Shown: positions 39,001 through 45,310 of the stretch, one piece after another
How the letters are laid out: each line of letters begins with the position of its first letter
Numbering within the stretch: the first letter of the stretch is position 1
DNA from: Candidatus Shapirobacteria bacterium
GTDB lineage: Bacteria > Patescibacteriota > Microgenomatia > UBA12405
DNA length: 64,000 nt
Direction of reading: 5' to 3'
Assembly: GCA_041665485.1 (NCBI GenBank)
Contig: JBAYIT010000001.1
Span: 204,270 to 268,269 of the forward strand
Program-made: the position numbers and the translations under genes
The notes under the pieces: model-generated
Told to the model about the DNA's origin: nothing
Databases searched by the model: none
The model's input: only the letters and a program-made list of their open reading frames with translations

Positions 39001-41522
39001 TCGGCGGTGATGGTGGCGCTTCCGCCGGTTATATTGGCGGTTAGATTTCTTAAAACCGAGAGGTCATTATTATTGACAGTGGAATTTCCGGTGTAAGTGG
39101 TGTCGTTGATAATATCTAACTTATTAGTGGGGCTGGTGGTGCCAAGGCCAAAATTGCCGGTGCCAAAAAAGCCGAAGTTATTGCCATTAAGATCGATTTT
39201 GGTGAGTTGGTTGAGAGTGCCACCGAGACCAACAGTTCGAGAAGTTTCAGTTAAGCCGTTGTTGAAAGTATAGGCACTGCCAAAAGCCAGAGCACCAAGA
39301 ATGTTTTTGTATAAATTGCCAGAGGCATCAGTAAAGACGGCGGTGGTGCCGGTGCCAGTAGAACCAAGGCCTAAACCACTAAAATTAACCGTACCACCAA
39401 CTCCCAAACTTCCTGTTCCCCCGACTTGGAGTCTGTAGGTAGGATTGGTGGTGCCGATACCAACATTGCCGATATTTGTAATTGTGACCCTATCGTTAGT
39501 TCCTAAAGCACCAGTGTTGTTAGAAAAGGTAAACGCCCCCGAATTACTATTATCAGCTCCAATTGTCCAAGCGTTTGCTCCCTGAGTGGTATCAAAATAT
39601 ATAGATGGGTCTCCGGCCAAACCTCCTGCAGTTTTAATTATAATTCCTGCGTTAGAATTAGCCGTGTTACTGGTATTTTGTATCGTCATTCCATTGTTGC
39701 CACCTGAGTTACTACCACCAACTGTGAATGCAGGTAATCCGTTTGCGTTTATGGTTACAGCTCCAGTGAAGTTGCCATCTCCAGCAACATTAAGAAGGGC
39801 AGTAGCGTGGGTACCACCAATACCTAATTTAGTGAAATTACCAGCACCATTAACGTCAAGAGTGTAGAGAGGGAGGGTGGTTCCAATTCCGACATTGCCG
39901 GATCCGTCGATAGTTAATCTTCGGGTAGCATTTGTATATAAACTAAATTTGTTGTTTCCGGCAACACCGATTAGTGCATTTGTGGCTGTTCCTGAATCAA
40001 AGCCCGCATCACTTCCCCAATAAGATAAAGCCGTACTACCGACTTTTAAATATTGATAGGTTCCACTGGCAGCTACGCCGTTGATGGTAATTGCACCTGA
40101 TACTTCTATTTTTGTAGTTGGGTTGGTTGTTCCGAGGCCGACTCGGCCAGTGGCGTAATCGAAATACATAACTTCAGTATTACCAATATTAAGTCTGGTA
40201 TTTTGGGTGAGGGCGCCGCCGAGGCCGAAAACATTAGTAGAGATAGCGGATAAACCATTGGTGGTGGAGTAAGTCGTGCCGATGGCGGTGTCGGAGAAAG
40301 CCAGAGAACCGAGAACACGGCGGGTGATAATGTTGGTGGATGGATCAATGAAGAGGGCGGTGGTGCCGGCGCCAACGATAGTGGAGTTTGAAAGGGTTAG
40401 AGCGCCACCAATGTAAACGTTGCCGGAGGCGCCAACGGAAAAACGAGTATTCAATTGAGTGTTGCCAACCCCTAAATCGTAGTTTTGAAATTGAAGAAAA
40501 TTGTAATTATTGGAATAGTTACTTCTGACGATGCCGGAATAAAGATTACCGGAAACCATGTTGGCGTCGGCTTCGGCTTGAACAAAGCCACCAACAGCAG
40601 GGGCGTTCATTTCAAAAGAAAGATCAAGAATGCCGCCAGCATCGGGGTTGATGGTGATGTTGCCACCACTGCCGTCGCTAGCTTTGAGGAGCATGGCTTG
40701 GCCTTCGATGCCAAAAGTGCCGGAAACTGATTTGATGGTGGGGGAGGTTTCGCCAAGGTTGAGGTTGCCAGAGTTATCAAAAACAGCGACGGTATTTTTG
40801 TAACCGATGCCGGAGGTGCCAAGGCCCAAACCCTGAAGAGTTTCGGAATTAAGGGCATAGGCGACGGTGGCAATTTGCTGGCGGGGGTCCATTACTTCGG
40901 TGCCGGCGGTAATTTCTAGCCAAACTTCGGCGTTTTCAGAGAAAACGCTGGGAGGGATTTCAGTGCCGTGAGTTTTGCCAATGACGACATTAAAAATGCC
41001 ATTGTCGTCGGGTTTAACAACTTGACTATTGCCGGTGCCGGAGGTGTAGAGAGAGGTGCCGGCGCCAAGCGTGCCATTGTTCCAGAGTTTAAAAATAATG
41101 CCGGTTTCGGAAGTGATGGGATTGCTGTAGGAATCGGTGAGACGGCCTTGAAAGGAGAGAATTCTGCCGGGGCGGATGGGGGAGGAGGTGGTGGAATAGG
41201 CAAGGTTTTTGCGGGCTTTGAGGATGGTTTGGGAATAGAGGCCGTAGGTGAGACCGGCGAATAATATGAGGAGGGTGGAGAGAACGAGATAACGACTAAA
41301 TGAGATCCTAGATGTTAGATCCTGGATCCTAGATTGGAGGTTGGATGGGGTTGGGGATGGTGGTTGGTAACTGGTAATAAACTTCTTTTTAATTAAGAAT
41401 TTTTTGAAGACGGAGATAGAGGAGAGCTTGCGGTTGATGGTGGCGGGGGAAAGATTTTGGGACTTTAAGTAGTCTTGGTAGGAGGAGAGACGAGAATGAT
41501 CGAAATACTCTTTGAGTTGCAA
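27021..41522 (-). CDS. Giant (4833 aa) surface fibre/adhesin-like protein with N-terminal integrase-SAM half domain
   Basis: YLKSQNLSPATINRKLSSI, a TM segment, LSFQGRLTD, many GNVGIGT modules, and an ADLAENY...GVVSTNPG...GRVPVK...IIGKALE chaperone-like domain; TTG start. Confidence 0.85.
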   Translation of the reverse strand: MQLKEYFDHSRLSSYQDYLKSQNLSPATINRKLSSISVFKKFLIKKKFITSYQPPSPTPSNLQSRIQDLTSRISFSRYLVLSTLLILFAGLTYGLYSQTILKARKNLAYSTTSSPIRPGRILSFQGRLTDSYSNPITSETGIIFKLWNNGTLGAGTSLYTSGTGNSQVVKPDDNGIFNVVIGKTHGTEIPPSVFSENAEVWLEITAGTEVMDPRQQIATVAYALNSETLQGLGLGTSGIGYKNTVAVFDNSGNLNLGETSPTIKSVSGTFGIEGQAMLLKASDGSGGNITINPDAGGILDLSFEMNAPAVGGFVQAEADANMVSGNLYSGIVRSNYSNNYNFLQFQNYDLGVGNTQLNTRFSVGASGNVYIGGALTLSNSTIVGAGTTALFIDPSTNIITRRVLGSLAFSDTAIGTTYSTTNGLSAISTNVFGLGGALTQNTRLNIGNTEVMYFDYATGRVGLGTTNPTTKIEVSGAITINGVAASGTYQYLKVGSTALSYWGSDAGFDSGTATNALIGVAGNNKFSLYTNATRRLTIDGSGNVGIGTTLPLYTLDVNGAGNFTKLGIGGTHATALLNVAGDGNFTGAVTINANGLPAFTVGGSNSGGNNGMTIQNTSNTANSNAGIIIKTAGGLAGDPSIYFDTTQGANAWTIGADNSNSGAFTFSNNTGALGTNDRVTITNIGNVGIGTTNPTYRLQVGGTGSLGVGGTVNFSGLGLGSTGTGTTAVFTDASGNLYKNILGALAFGSAYTFNNGLTETSRTVGLGGTLNQLTKIDLNGNNFGFFGTGNFGLGTTSPTNKLDIINDTTYTGNSTVNNNDLSVLRNLTANITGGSATITADANSSIGVSNTTNLNFNHTVGNNSNNILIVGVNYQNSLTRTVSGIYWNGTPLTKATTASGTQTWADIWYLVAPTPGTYSIGITMSGQAASLVAGAASFYNVNQITPIGVATTASGMNTNLSIGTSSNASEIVFSTLSVNNVRTVTLGAGQTSLWNQGINQVTGVASYQIGAANTSSSYTINTLSIWAGATVSLQPATGGSLSILNPLVNFSSKCTESSGSCSDTANILNLSQLYTKATGTVFSIGSSGSGNLASLVSSNSSGNGLNLDIGSTSSSNYSLKITSGSGANTNLYIQANGSVGIGNTSPAYKLDVTGSGRFTTNLDVGGTLAVTGRSTFAQNLFVNAGGIGVTGNSSFTNNVGIGGTLTLSASTVAGSGTTALFIDSNNVVSKRALGALAFLDSTASTYNWIAKASSNQTISGGTTLSFTGLNGITSTSVGTSQITFGLGGTLTQNTFINTGTNNLYIMGVNNNTQALAITTAGNVGIGTTAPLYPLQVAGAGVFTKLGVGGTSTASIYTNADLSVGTTTTTASLNLSNTAIGGSSVAAFLSGNSGLIGYLDTSSWDKSGSDDRWFLQATGAGSTAIGVGVTVNFANGTNILNTISGSTVTIGTTNAPTFSASVFSPIFSNNGSALTLGHASGLTTILGSGITLTPNTSFTANVGIGGTLTLSASTVAGTGTTALFIDSNNVVSRRALGGLAFQDNTYISWMLAGNTGTAQQVGIGNTASILGYNGIGTSVSGTDQLSIGLGGTLTQNTFINTGANNLYIMGVNNNTQALAITTNGNVGIGTTSPYATFDIGGLITTPILSGSVPKVLISDNVDGISGVQMKNTSTGTNADFRFMVGDTTGQYLAFMVPGVNNNVASILGAARNANDFIINNPNGGTGRGLVIGTYGTNDVILGTNNTANVTIKSGGNVGIGTTAPLYPLQVAGAGVFTKLGVGGTDTNALYVSGNGNLTGNLSIGGTLAVTGRSTFAQNLFVNAGGIGVTGNSSFTNNVGIGGTLTLSASTVSGTGTTALFIDSNNVVSRRALNGLAFDGLLNLQAGTSMVVTGTGVGATISHADTSSQASSDNSNGIVIQDIGLDGLGHLTSLATVDLDSRYAQSANVSWMLAGSLGTAQSIGLGNTASFLAGSGIGTSISGTDALTITNTGVLSLTGTANQILANGTTATAQTGAVTLTLPQNIHTGATPLFAGLTISSGGIGVSGASVFGNTLSIGNTLTLTNVTANTLVRTNATNQLIGTSGTVNQLMHGDLSWGDVTLGTQTAGNYVSTIIGNSQIGVTGTAGEGVGVSLAIIGDSIGDSQLAFNTGQHLTTSSTPLFAGLTISAGGIGVSGASVFGNSLSVGTTLTTASLSVTGNGSVTGTLSVGNTLTATTAAKSPLFMGNGATVTFGNASYLTTIAGLGLTITPNTSFTANVGIGGTLTLSASTVAGTGTTALFIDSNNVVSKRALGGLAFQDNTYISWMLAGNTGTAQQVGIGNTASILGYNGIGTSVSGTDQLSIGLGGTLTQNTFINTGANNLYIMGVNNNTQALAITTNGNVGIGMTNPTSPFNVYSNSVTQATFNGWDPIGGAQAYNGSVAIGNNAAYQGLIHYNGNGVANLYIDNTYNSAVLGGIFFRTRTAGTPVDAMSILSAGNVGIGTTAPLYKFQVAGEGVFTKLGVGATHSTYSLFINSGGIGITGTSSFSANVGIGGTLTLSASTVAGTGTTALFIDSNNVVSKRALNGLAFDGLLNLQAGTSMVVTGTGVGATISHADTSSQASSDNSNGIVIQDIGLDGLGHLTSLATVDLDNRYAQSANVSWMLAGSLGTAQSIGLGNTASILGYNGIGTSISGTDQLSIGLGGTLTQNTNINLSSYNLSFLGTGNTQSLYLKANGNVGIGTTGPRVNLDIVGTSGVMIDNVASGNALLYLQGKSTNNSVINFRSNTSTSWSIGRDGSDSHKFKIGYGSETFASGVALVIDATGKVGIATTTPSYTLQVGGTGSLGVGGTVNFSGLGIGTTGVGTTAVFIDSSGNLYKNVLGAGAFTSGAGTLYTAGVGISLSSTNVFSNIGVTSILGTTNQITASNPTGAVTLSLPQNIHTGATPLFAGLTISSGGIGVSGASVFGNTLSIGNTLTLTNVTANTLVRTNATNQLIGTSGTVNQLMHGDLSWGDVTLGTQTTGNYATSNAEGGPALSLYGEDNRSIGPTEVNTSNLKFGFTAYNNNSAGPWADFLHLNSYLDGSGGNQNLLEFNKSSLGMRLYQGSFGSTAAYTTYKDIALVDNNPISGYLTKFTGTTATVSITNSLIYDSGTNIGLGTTNPLYKLHVTGEGVFTKLGVGGTSTASIYTNADLSVGTTTTTASLNLSNTAIGGSSVAAFLSGNSGLVGYLDTTAWDKNGANDFIAATNGLQSIGTSSVGLGGTLTQNTNIGVSSFGLSFLGINSNTQALYIASSGNVGFGTTAPSQKVDISGNLNLSGHLVGGDGTNAPANLINNGNFDYWNIGTSSIPDAWISNGGTFSRDTGYKSTYSLKMVDGGAWQGAKYTVPPRSTLTTARKYTLNFWYKSSSTNTLPLQLGVYDGTSYIVAYGNQTLIKDDAWHWQSTNFTIGDDKTISIFMLTNTGTSHAGDTDWIDSVSLYEGDQANAFSTNYNDYLKYGSVSMFGPLGIGATNSSYKLNVSGSANITTNLTIGGTFVSVGSTNTVTNLSADLLDGQHGSYYLNIGNTGDFVQNQFTADQTANLRINGNAMFGGNVGIGATSTAKLNVIGNGNFTTNLSIGGTLSVGSSATISANGIITGTKFVDIGNTAYYFNTSNSTSISDSSLSLYQSGSIRFNAVAVGSTLRHIVSNAATQIRGYSNGLLLASSTSTTGDITGWDNQLFLNSTGNVGIGTTAPLYKLHVNGDALISTRLGIGSTNALYLLNVGGTASFTNLHASGNVGIGTTAPTSSLHLYSTTGSANNPQLTLTSSPSSPGRYSPSIVFQNNDGSSAGWIGSASRITGGFERGSSWVNSALGFDVGNASAGLSRAMTITNYGNVGIGTTNPLYKLEVNGDALISTRLGIGSTNALYLLNVGGTASFTNLYTTGNVGVGTTAPGYTLDVNGIIKSNNTIYSLTTAGTTPKFILVETGRSTWTLSQPTTTSAFHIDQDGNSRLFIQNSTGNVGIGITNPTYKLQVVGNGYLSTSLSVGSSLIVAGGDIKQGGTDDLRLWAGSGNDFYFYKSDGSVSARIDVSTAAGAETLDQGFTGPNNSFAVYGTRLFSQSFTPQASGSLSKVTLQLWKVGAGSYNFSVQLQNCDGNQPNGTVVATSSNIANTSIGETASPGAEYSLTFSTKPYLQAGTKYCLVTTTSTGGDGSNYINVREKDSSSTYTGGQAGYYNGSVWDTASYTAVDMYFKQYYQNNYGSVLHIGSVDTANADLAENYPSTQNLSTGELVTFDLENTGHVLRAQAGSQKLVGVVSTNPGLLLGSSETSQNVYPIALSGRVPVKITLENGAISPGDPLTASTTIEGRAQKATTSGPIIGKALESSSSCSDPGNCTILALVQPSWFDPDTLLTLDTLGQIVTSPETNIQDPGSKIYHLTSSNGSAVTRLGQFSQALIANLKAGIINTSKLVSNDIETQTITPISNTGIGSTLKIGGDTEVIGSLFAQNIKTPSLNVDHLDSLTSNIQDLKSKTITAQDIGVTTLSANAITALTSNIQDLRSKDATISGILYADQIISREGNFGDLMTQKISALRDEVKKIIDTSTVTTPPEDVLLSQSENWLADISTGSAQITGSLALTDNLVVAGQLAVAGQAELADALISGTLQSGQIIIKDNLIETTASVLYIQPSKVGTINIMNNTLIIADNGDVTVNGNIYLNGTLTAQTATISGSLSTYLITASDIQTTSLTALTSNIQDLRSNKLTILPNVAIAQADPSESATQSAEIASNTTAGTTTLIAGQTEIIILNNQLTSASMVYLTPVGSTNNQVIYIKDKYIDPTSNIQDLKSSFTIAIDNPLDHNIDINWWIIN

Positions 41523-41568
41523 ATTTAATAATTTAAAAATTTAAGAATTTAAAAAATTTTGGAAATTG

Positions 41569-42024
41569 TTAATTTGTGGGTTGTGAATTTGTCCATGTGA
41601 TATATTGGCGTAAATCAGAGATGTAGTTTTTGATAGTTGAAGGGGTGGCATGGTGGGTGGAGAGATAGGTAGCAAACTGTGATATAAGTGCATCAGGGGT
41701 GGGTGGAGGCGGGGAGGCAAGAGAATGGCGAATTTTCTTGAGGGGATTGTGGTCAATCAATTTTTGGTCGAGGGCAAATTGGCAGAAAGAGGAAAGAGAT
41801 GCTAAATACCTCCGGTAGTTAGAATTGGCGGATACTTTGTTAACAAAATCGGAAATTACTTTGGAGTCAAATGGATTACCTTGGCCAACCGAGTCGAAAT
41901 AGGTATAGAGGTCGGAGAGGTAGTTGCGGATAGTGGAATCGGAGTAAGACTTGGATGAAAGCCAGGCACGATAGGAGTTAGAGATCTTAGATCTTAGATC
42001 TTGGATGTTAGATGTTGAGGACAT
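41569..42024 (-). CDS. Phage-integrase N-terminal SAM-like domains (1.5 copies); probable true N-terminus of the giant gene
   Basis: YSDSTIRNYLSDL...RRYLASLSSFCQF...NP, then ATPSTIKNYISDLRQYITW; no catalytic integrase domain. Confidence 0.8.
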   Translation of the reverse strand: MSSTSNIQDLRSKISNSYRAWLSSKSYSDSTIRNYLSDLYTYFDSVGQGNPFDSKVISDFVNKVSANSNYRRYLASLSSFCQFALDQKLIDHNPLKKIRHSLASPPPPTPDALISQFATYLSTHHATPSTIKNYISDLRQYITWTNSQPTN

Positions 42025-42565
42025 GGTTAGCGCCAGAGCCAAACAAAGGAGGTGGCAATGATTAGAAAGGGAATGAGCCGTTCAACTACCGGTTTTACCG
42101 AATATAAAATTTTAGCTTCAAAATTAGACTTTTTAGACATTGTTATCAGTTATTAATAATTAATAATTTAAATATCTACTATATTGAAAAAGCTGTCAAG
42201 AAGGGGAAATTAAGCATTAAATGATGTAGATAGATAGGATCAATTAAGATAGTTTTCAGTTACGAGTTACGAGTTACGAGTTTCACGGAGGGTTAACACG
42301 ATGATTTGCCTACTTTAGAAATAGGTCAAACTATTTTAATCAATAGCTTTATTGAGGAATTGGAGATAAGAGCAGTGCGGAGATATGCGGTTTATGATGT
42401 TTGATGTTAGTTGATATATTAGTTTAATAACCAATTTTCAATTTTCAAATACCAATGAATGACATAATGAATTAATTTTTAAATTAAAACATTAAATAAT
42501 TGTAAATTCATTGAAAATTGGATTTTGGAGTTTGAAAATTACTCGGTAATGGTATAATTCTTCTA

Positions 42566-42985
42566 ATGAAAAGTTCGAAGTTGATAGTTTACGGATTGTT
42601 GATGGTGGTGGGAGTGGGATTGATTTATTTCATGACAACACAAGTAATTCCTCGGGCGTTGGTGTCGATGACTAAGGCAGCGCCAAGCCAGAGAGTATCG
42701 TTTACTAATTCGTTGATTTTGGGAGAGAGGGTGTTGGTGACAGCAGATGGAGTGGAAAATGCTAAGGTAAATGTATTCGTAATGGATGATTCAGGCAAGG
42801 GAATACCGAATAGGTCGGTTGAATTATCAGGTCAAGCTGATAGTTCACCAGTAACAGCAACAACTGACGGCGAGGGGATGGCAAGTTTTGAATTTAGTTC
42901 AAAGAAAGAAGGAGTGATTGAGGTGACGGCGAGTATTGAGGGGGTGGATTTGGGCAAGAAGATGCGGGTGACGTTTAGGAATTAA
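42566..42985 (+). CDS. Membrane-anchored Ig-like (Big_1/invasin-type) protein
   Basis: TM, ADGVENAKVNVFVMD..GKGIPN, ATTDGEGMASF. Confidence 0.8.
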   Translation: MKSSKLIVYGLLMVVGVGLIYFMTTQVIPRALVSMTKAAPSQRVSFTNSLILGERVLVTADGVENAKVNVFVMDDSGKGIPNRSVELSGQADSSPVTATTDGEGMASFEFSSKKEGVIEVTASIEGVDLGKKMRVTFRN

Positions 42986-43389
42986 TAAAACGTAATTTTG
43001 ACTGTCTGGGGTAAAACGGTGGAATTGATTTGGGCTTTGAGGGTGTAGGTGCCGGCTTCCGGAGAGGCGAGGTCGAAGGTGGCTTGGCCGGTGTCGTTGG
43101 TGGTGTCGGAGCTATTGATGGTGATGAGGGGTGAGGGCTTATCTAGAGAAATAAGGAGGTTGGGAATACCCAGACCGCGGGAGTCGAGTAAGAAGACAGT
43201 CAAGCGGATGATTTCTTTGCCGTCGGCTTTGGCAGTTAAGGGAGAGGCGAAAAGATAGGAGTTTTGGCTAAAATCGGTGGTGGTGGGGGAAGAGGAGGCA
43301 CGGGAGTTGAGGTTAGTGGTGCGGTAGATGAGAAAGAGGGTGGCGCCGAGGGCACAGAGGAGAATGAGGATAACGATAAAATTTTTAAT
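42982..43389 (-). CDS. Membrane-anchored Ig-like (Big_1) protein; start codon not identifiable
   Basis: The frame extends beyond the called TTG: KNFIVILILLCALGATLFLIYR...SYLFASPLTAKADGKEIIRLTVFLLD...TTNDTGQATF; it is open to 43404. Confidence 0.72.
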   Translation of the reverse strand: MKNFIVILILLCALGATLFLIYRTTNLNSRASSSPTTTDFSQNSYLFASPLTAKADGKEIIRLTVFLLDSRGLGIPNLLISLDKPSPLITINSSDTTNDTGQATFDLASPEAGTYTLKAQINSTVLPQTVKITFY

Positions 43390-43452
43390 TTTAAATTTTA
43401 AATTTTAAATAAAGATATTGATTTTATTATATCTGTTTTTAGAATTAAAAAT

Positions 43453-44262
43453 TTAGAATTTAGAATTAGACTGAAAAGGGATTAGGCTTTTGGGGAAAAG
43501 AGCAGGAAAGTAGTGCTTGGATTTCTTTTGATTTAGTAGAACTAAAACGATGAGAGTAATGAGGGTGAAGAAATAGCAGAGGAGGAGGATAATTGATAAG
43601 AGGTTACTTTCCGACTTTAGTCGGTAATTCAGGGAGAAAGAGTTAGGAGATGGACTACTGTTAATGAGGGTAGTAGCGAAAAGGCGGTATTGTCCGTAAT
43701 GATCGGTGGGGAGGGAGAAACTAAATCGACCTTGTTGGTTGCTTTTAGTTTCCAGGGGAGGGAGACTGGCGGCGTGGGCTTCGGGGATGAGAGAACGAGT
43801 GGAGCTAACTTGGTAAAAGTGAATCAGAACCAGCGAATTGGGAATTGTTTGGCCAGAGGCCGGAGTGGTGGCGTAAGCTTTGAGATTATCAGCGTCGAGA
43901 GTGAGGGTGGGAGGGAGGATGATGGGGCCTAGGTCAGTGTGATAGTTGTTGGGTGGAGGAGGGGGAATGCAAACAGGAAGAGATCGACGGGAGGATTCGT
44001 CGGTGCTGGAAAGACAAAGATCGGAGGGATTTTCCGGTAATATGGTTTTAGTAAATTCAAAATAGCCATTGGGGTCGGAAAAAGTGAGGGAGTAGACACG
44101 GGGGCTGGTTATTTCAACCCGGGAATTGGGAGAAGTGTAGCCAAAAATAGTTGCTTGATGTAAACCAATAGTCGCGGATATGGAAACGGATTTGACGGAT
44201 TCAATAGAAAACGACGAATTAGGGTTTAGAAAAAAAAGAGCGAAAAGGAGAATTGGGCCCAC
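43453..44262 (-). CDS. Exported Ig-like protein with C-terminal TM anchor
   Basis: Signal-like N-terminus, IFGYTSPNSRVEI, SGQTIPNS, C-terminal TM. Confidence 0.7.
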   Translation of the reverse strand: MGPILLFALFFLNPNSSFSIESVKSVSISATIGLHQATIFGYTSPNSRVEITSPRVYSLTFSDPNGYFEFTKTILPENPSDLCLSSTDESSRRSLPVCIPPPPPNNYHTDLGPIILPPTLTLDADNLKAYATTPASGQTIPNSLVLIHFYQVSSTRSLIPEAHAASLPPLETKSNQQGRFSFSLPTDHYGQYRLFATTLINSSPSPNSFSLNYRLKSESNLLSIILLLCYFFTLITLIVLVLLNQKKSKHYFPALFPKSLIPFQSNSKF

Positions 44263-44264
44263 AA

Positions 44265-45266
44265 TTATTTGTCCTTATACTTGTTTTTGAGAGAATCGAG
44301 TTCTTTTTCTAGCTCTTCGATTTGAGCGCTAGGAGGGCCTTGGCGGGTGAGGAGTTTGACGATGGCAATGATGATGACGACAGCCAGAAGGGAGAGGATG
44401 ATGAGCTTCCAGGGGATAATCCAGAAGAAGAGAGTGGCGGTGAGAATACCGCCAGCGCTACCGTAGCCGGTAGTTAAATTAGCTTGATAACGGCCAAAGA
44501 GCCATTTGCGGTTTAATTGATTTTCGTAGGTGCGATTGGTGTAAGGAAAAATATTGACCGATTCTAAAGGTAGTTGAGCCGTTTGGCCATTGAGCCAGTT
44601 TTTAATAGTGATTTCGCCGATGGGAGCGATGTGAATATCGGAGAGGTTGTTGATGGTGGTTTTGAAATCAACCGGTCCGTACTCCTGAAAATTAGGAGCA
44701 GTAAATTGGCTAACTTTAGCTTCTTGATTGATTGGCCCGGCAACGGTGATGTAGATGAGGCTACCGACGTTAGTGAGAATGGTGGAGCCGGTTTGAGAGA
44801 GAACAGCTTCGTTGTTGGGAGAATGGAGGACCATGGCATAGTGGCCGCCGGGAGTAGCGTCGTTGGGAGCAATAACGGTTAAAATAAGTGATTTAGTTTC
44901 ACCCGGTTTGAGTTTAAGGTTGGTTTCGGAAACTTGGAGCCAATTAGAAGCGGCCCAGCGATTTTGTTCGGCTGACTTAGCATCGATTTGAGTGGGAGTG
45001 CCAATGTCATTGACGACAACGAAGTCTTTGGTGGAAGTGGTGATAAATCTTTCGACGTTGGATTCGTTTCTGACTTTGAGCTCTTTGGAAACAACTTCTC
45101 CCGGTTTAACGGTGATTTCCAGGCGGGGAGGAATGGCGGTTAGGCCAAGAGCCGACTGTGCGCGTATACCAGTCGGAATTTCCAATGACCAAAAAACAAT
45201 TTCCAAACAAATCACAAAAGCCAATTTCCAAAGAGAATTTGAGTATGAGTTTTGAGATTTGATCAT
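44265..45266 (-). CDS. DUF916/WxL-interacting or PapD-like exported protein with C-terminal TM
   Basis: PPRLEITVKPGE, LKPGETKS...APNDATPGGHYAMV, NLSDIHIAPIG, FGRYQA, FWIIPWK. Confidence 0.72.
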   Translation of the reverse strand: MIKSQNSYSNSLWKLAFVICLEIVFWSLEIPTGIRAQSALGLTAIPPRLEITVKPGEVVSKELKVRNESNVERFITTSTKDFVVVNDIGTPTQIDAKSAEQNRWAASNWLQVSETNLKLKPGETKSLILTVIAPNDATPGGHYAMVLHSPNNEAVLSQTGSTILTNVGSLIYITVAGPINQEAKVSQFTAPNFQEYGPVDFKTTINNLSDIHIAPIGEITIKNWLNGQTAQLPLESVNIFPYTNRTYENQLNRKWLFGRYQANLTTGYGSAGGILTATLFFWIIPWKLIILSLLAVVIIIAIVKLLTRQGPPSAQIEELEKELDSLKNKYKDK

Positions 45267-45310
45267 TGGAGCTTGTTTGGAACTTGTAGATTTGTAATTT
45301 GTTTTTTAGG

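Noticed and set aside
27021-42042. Prophage or active tyrosine integrase
   Set aside because: Only SAM-like domains, with no R-H-R-Y catalytic domain and no capsid, terminase or portal genes.
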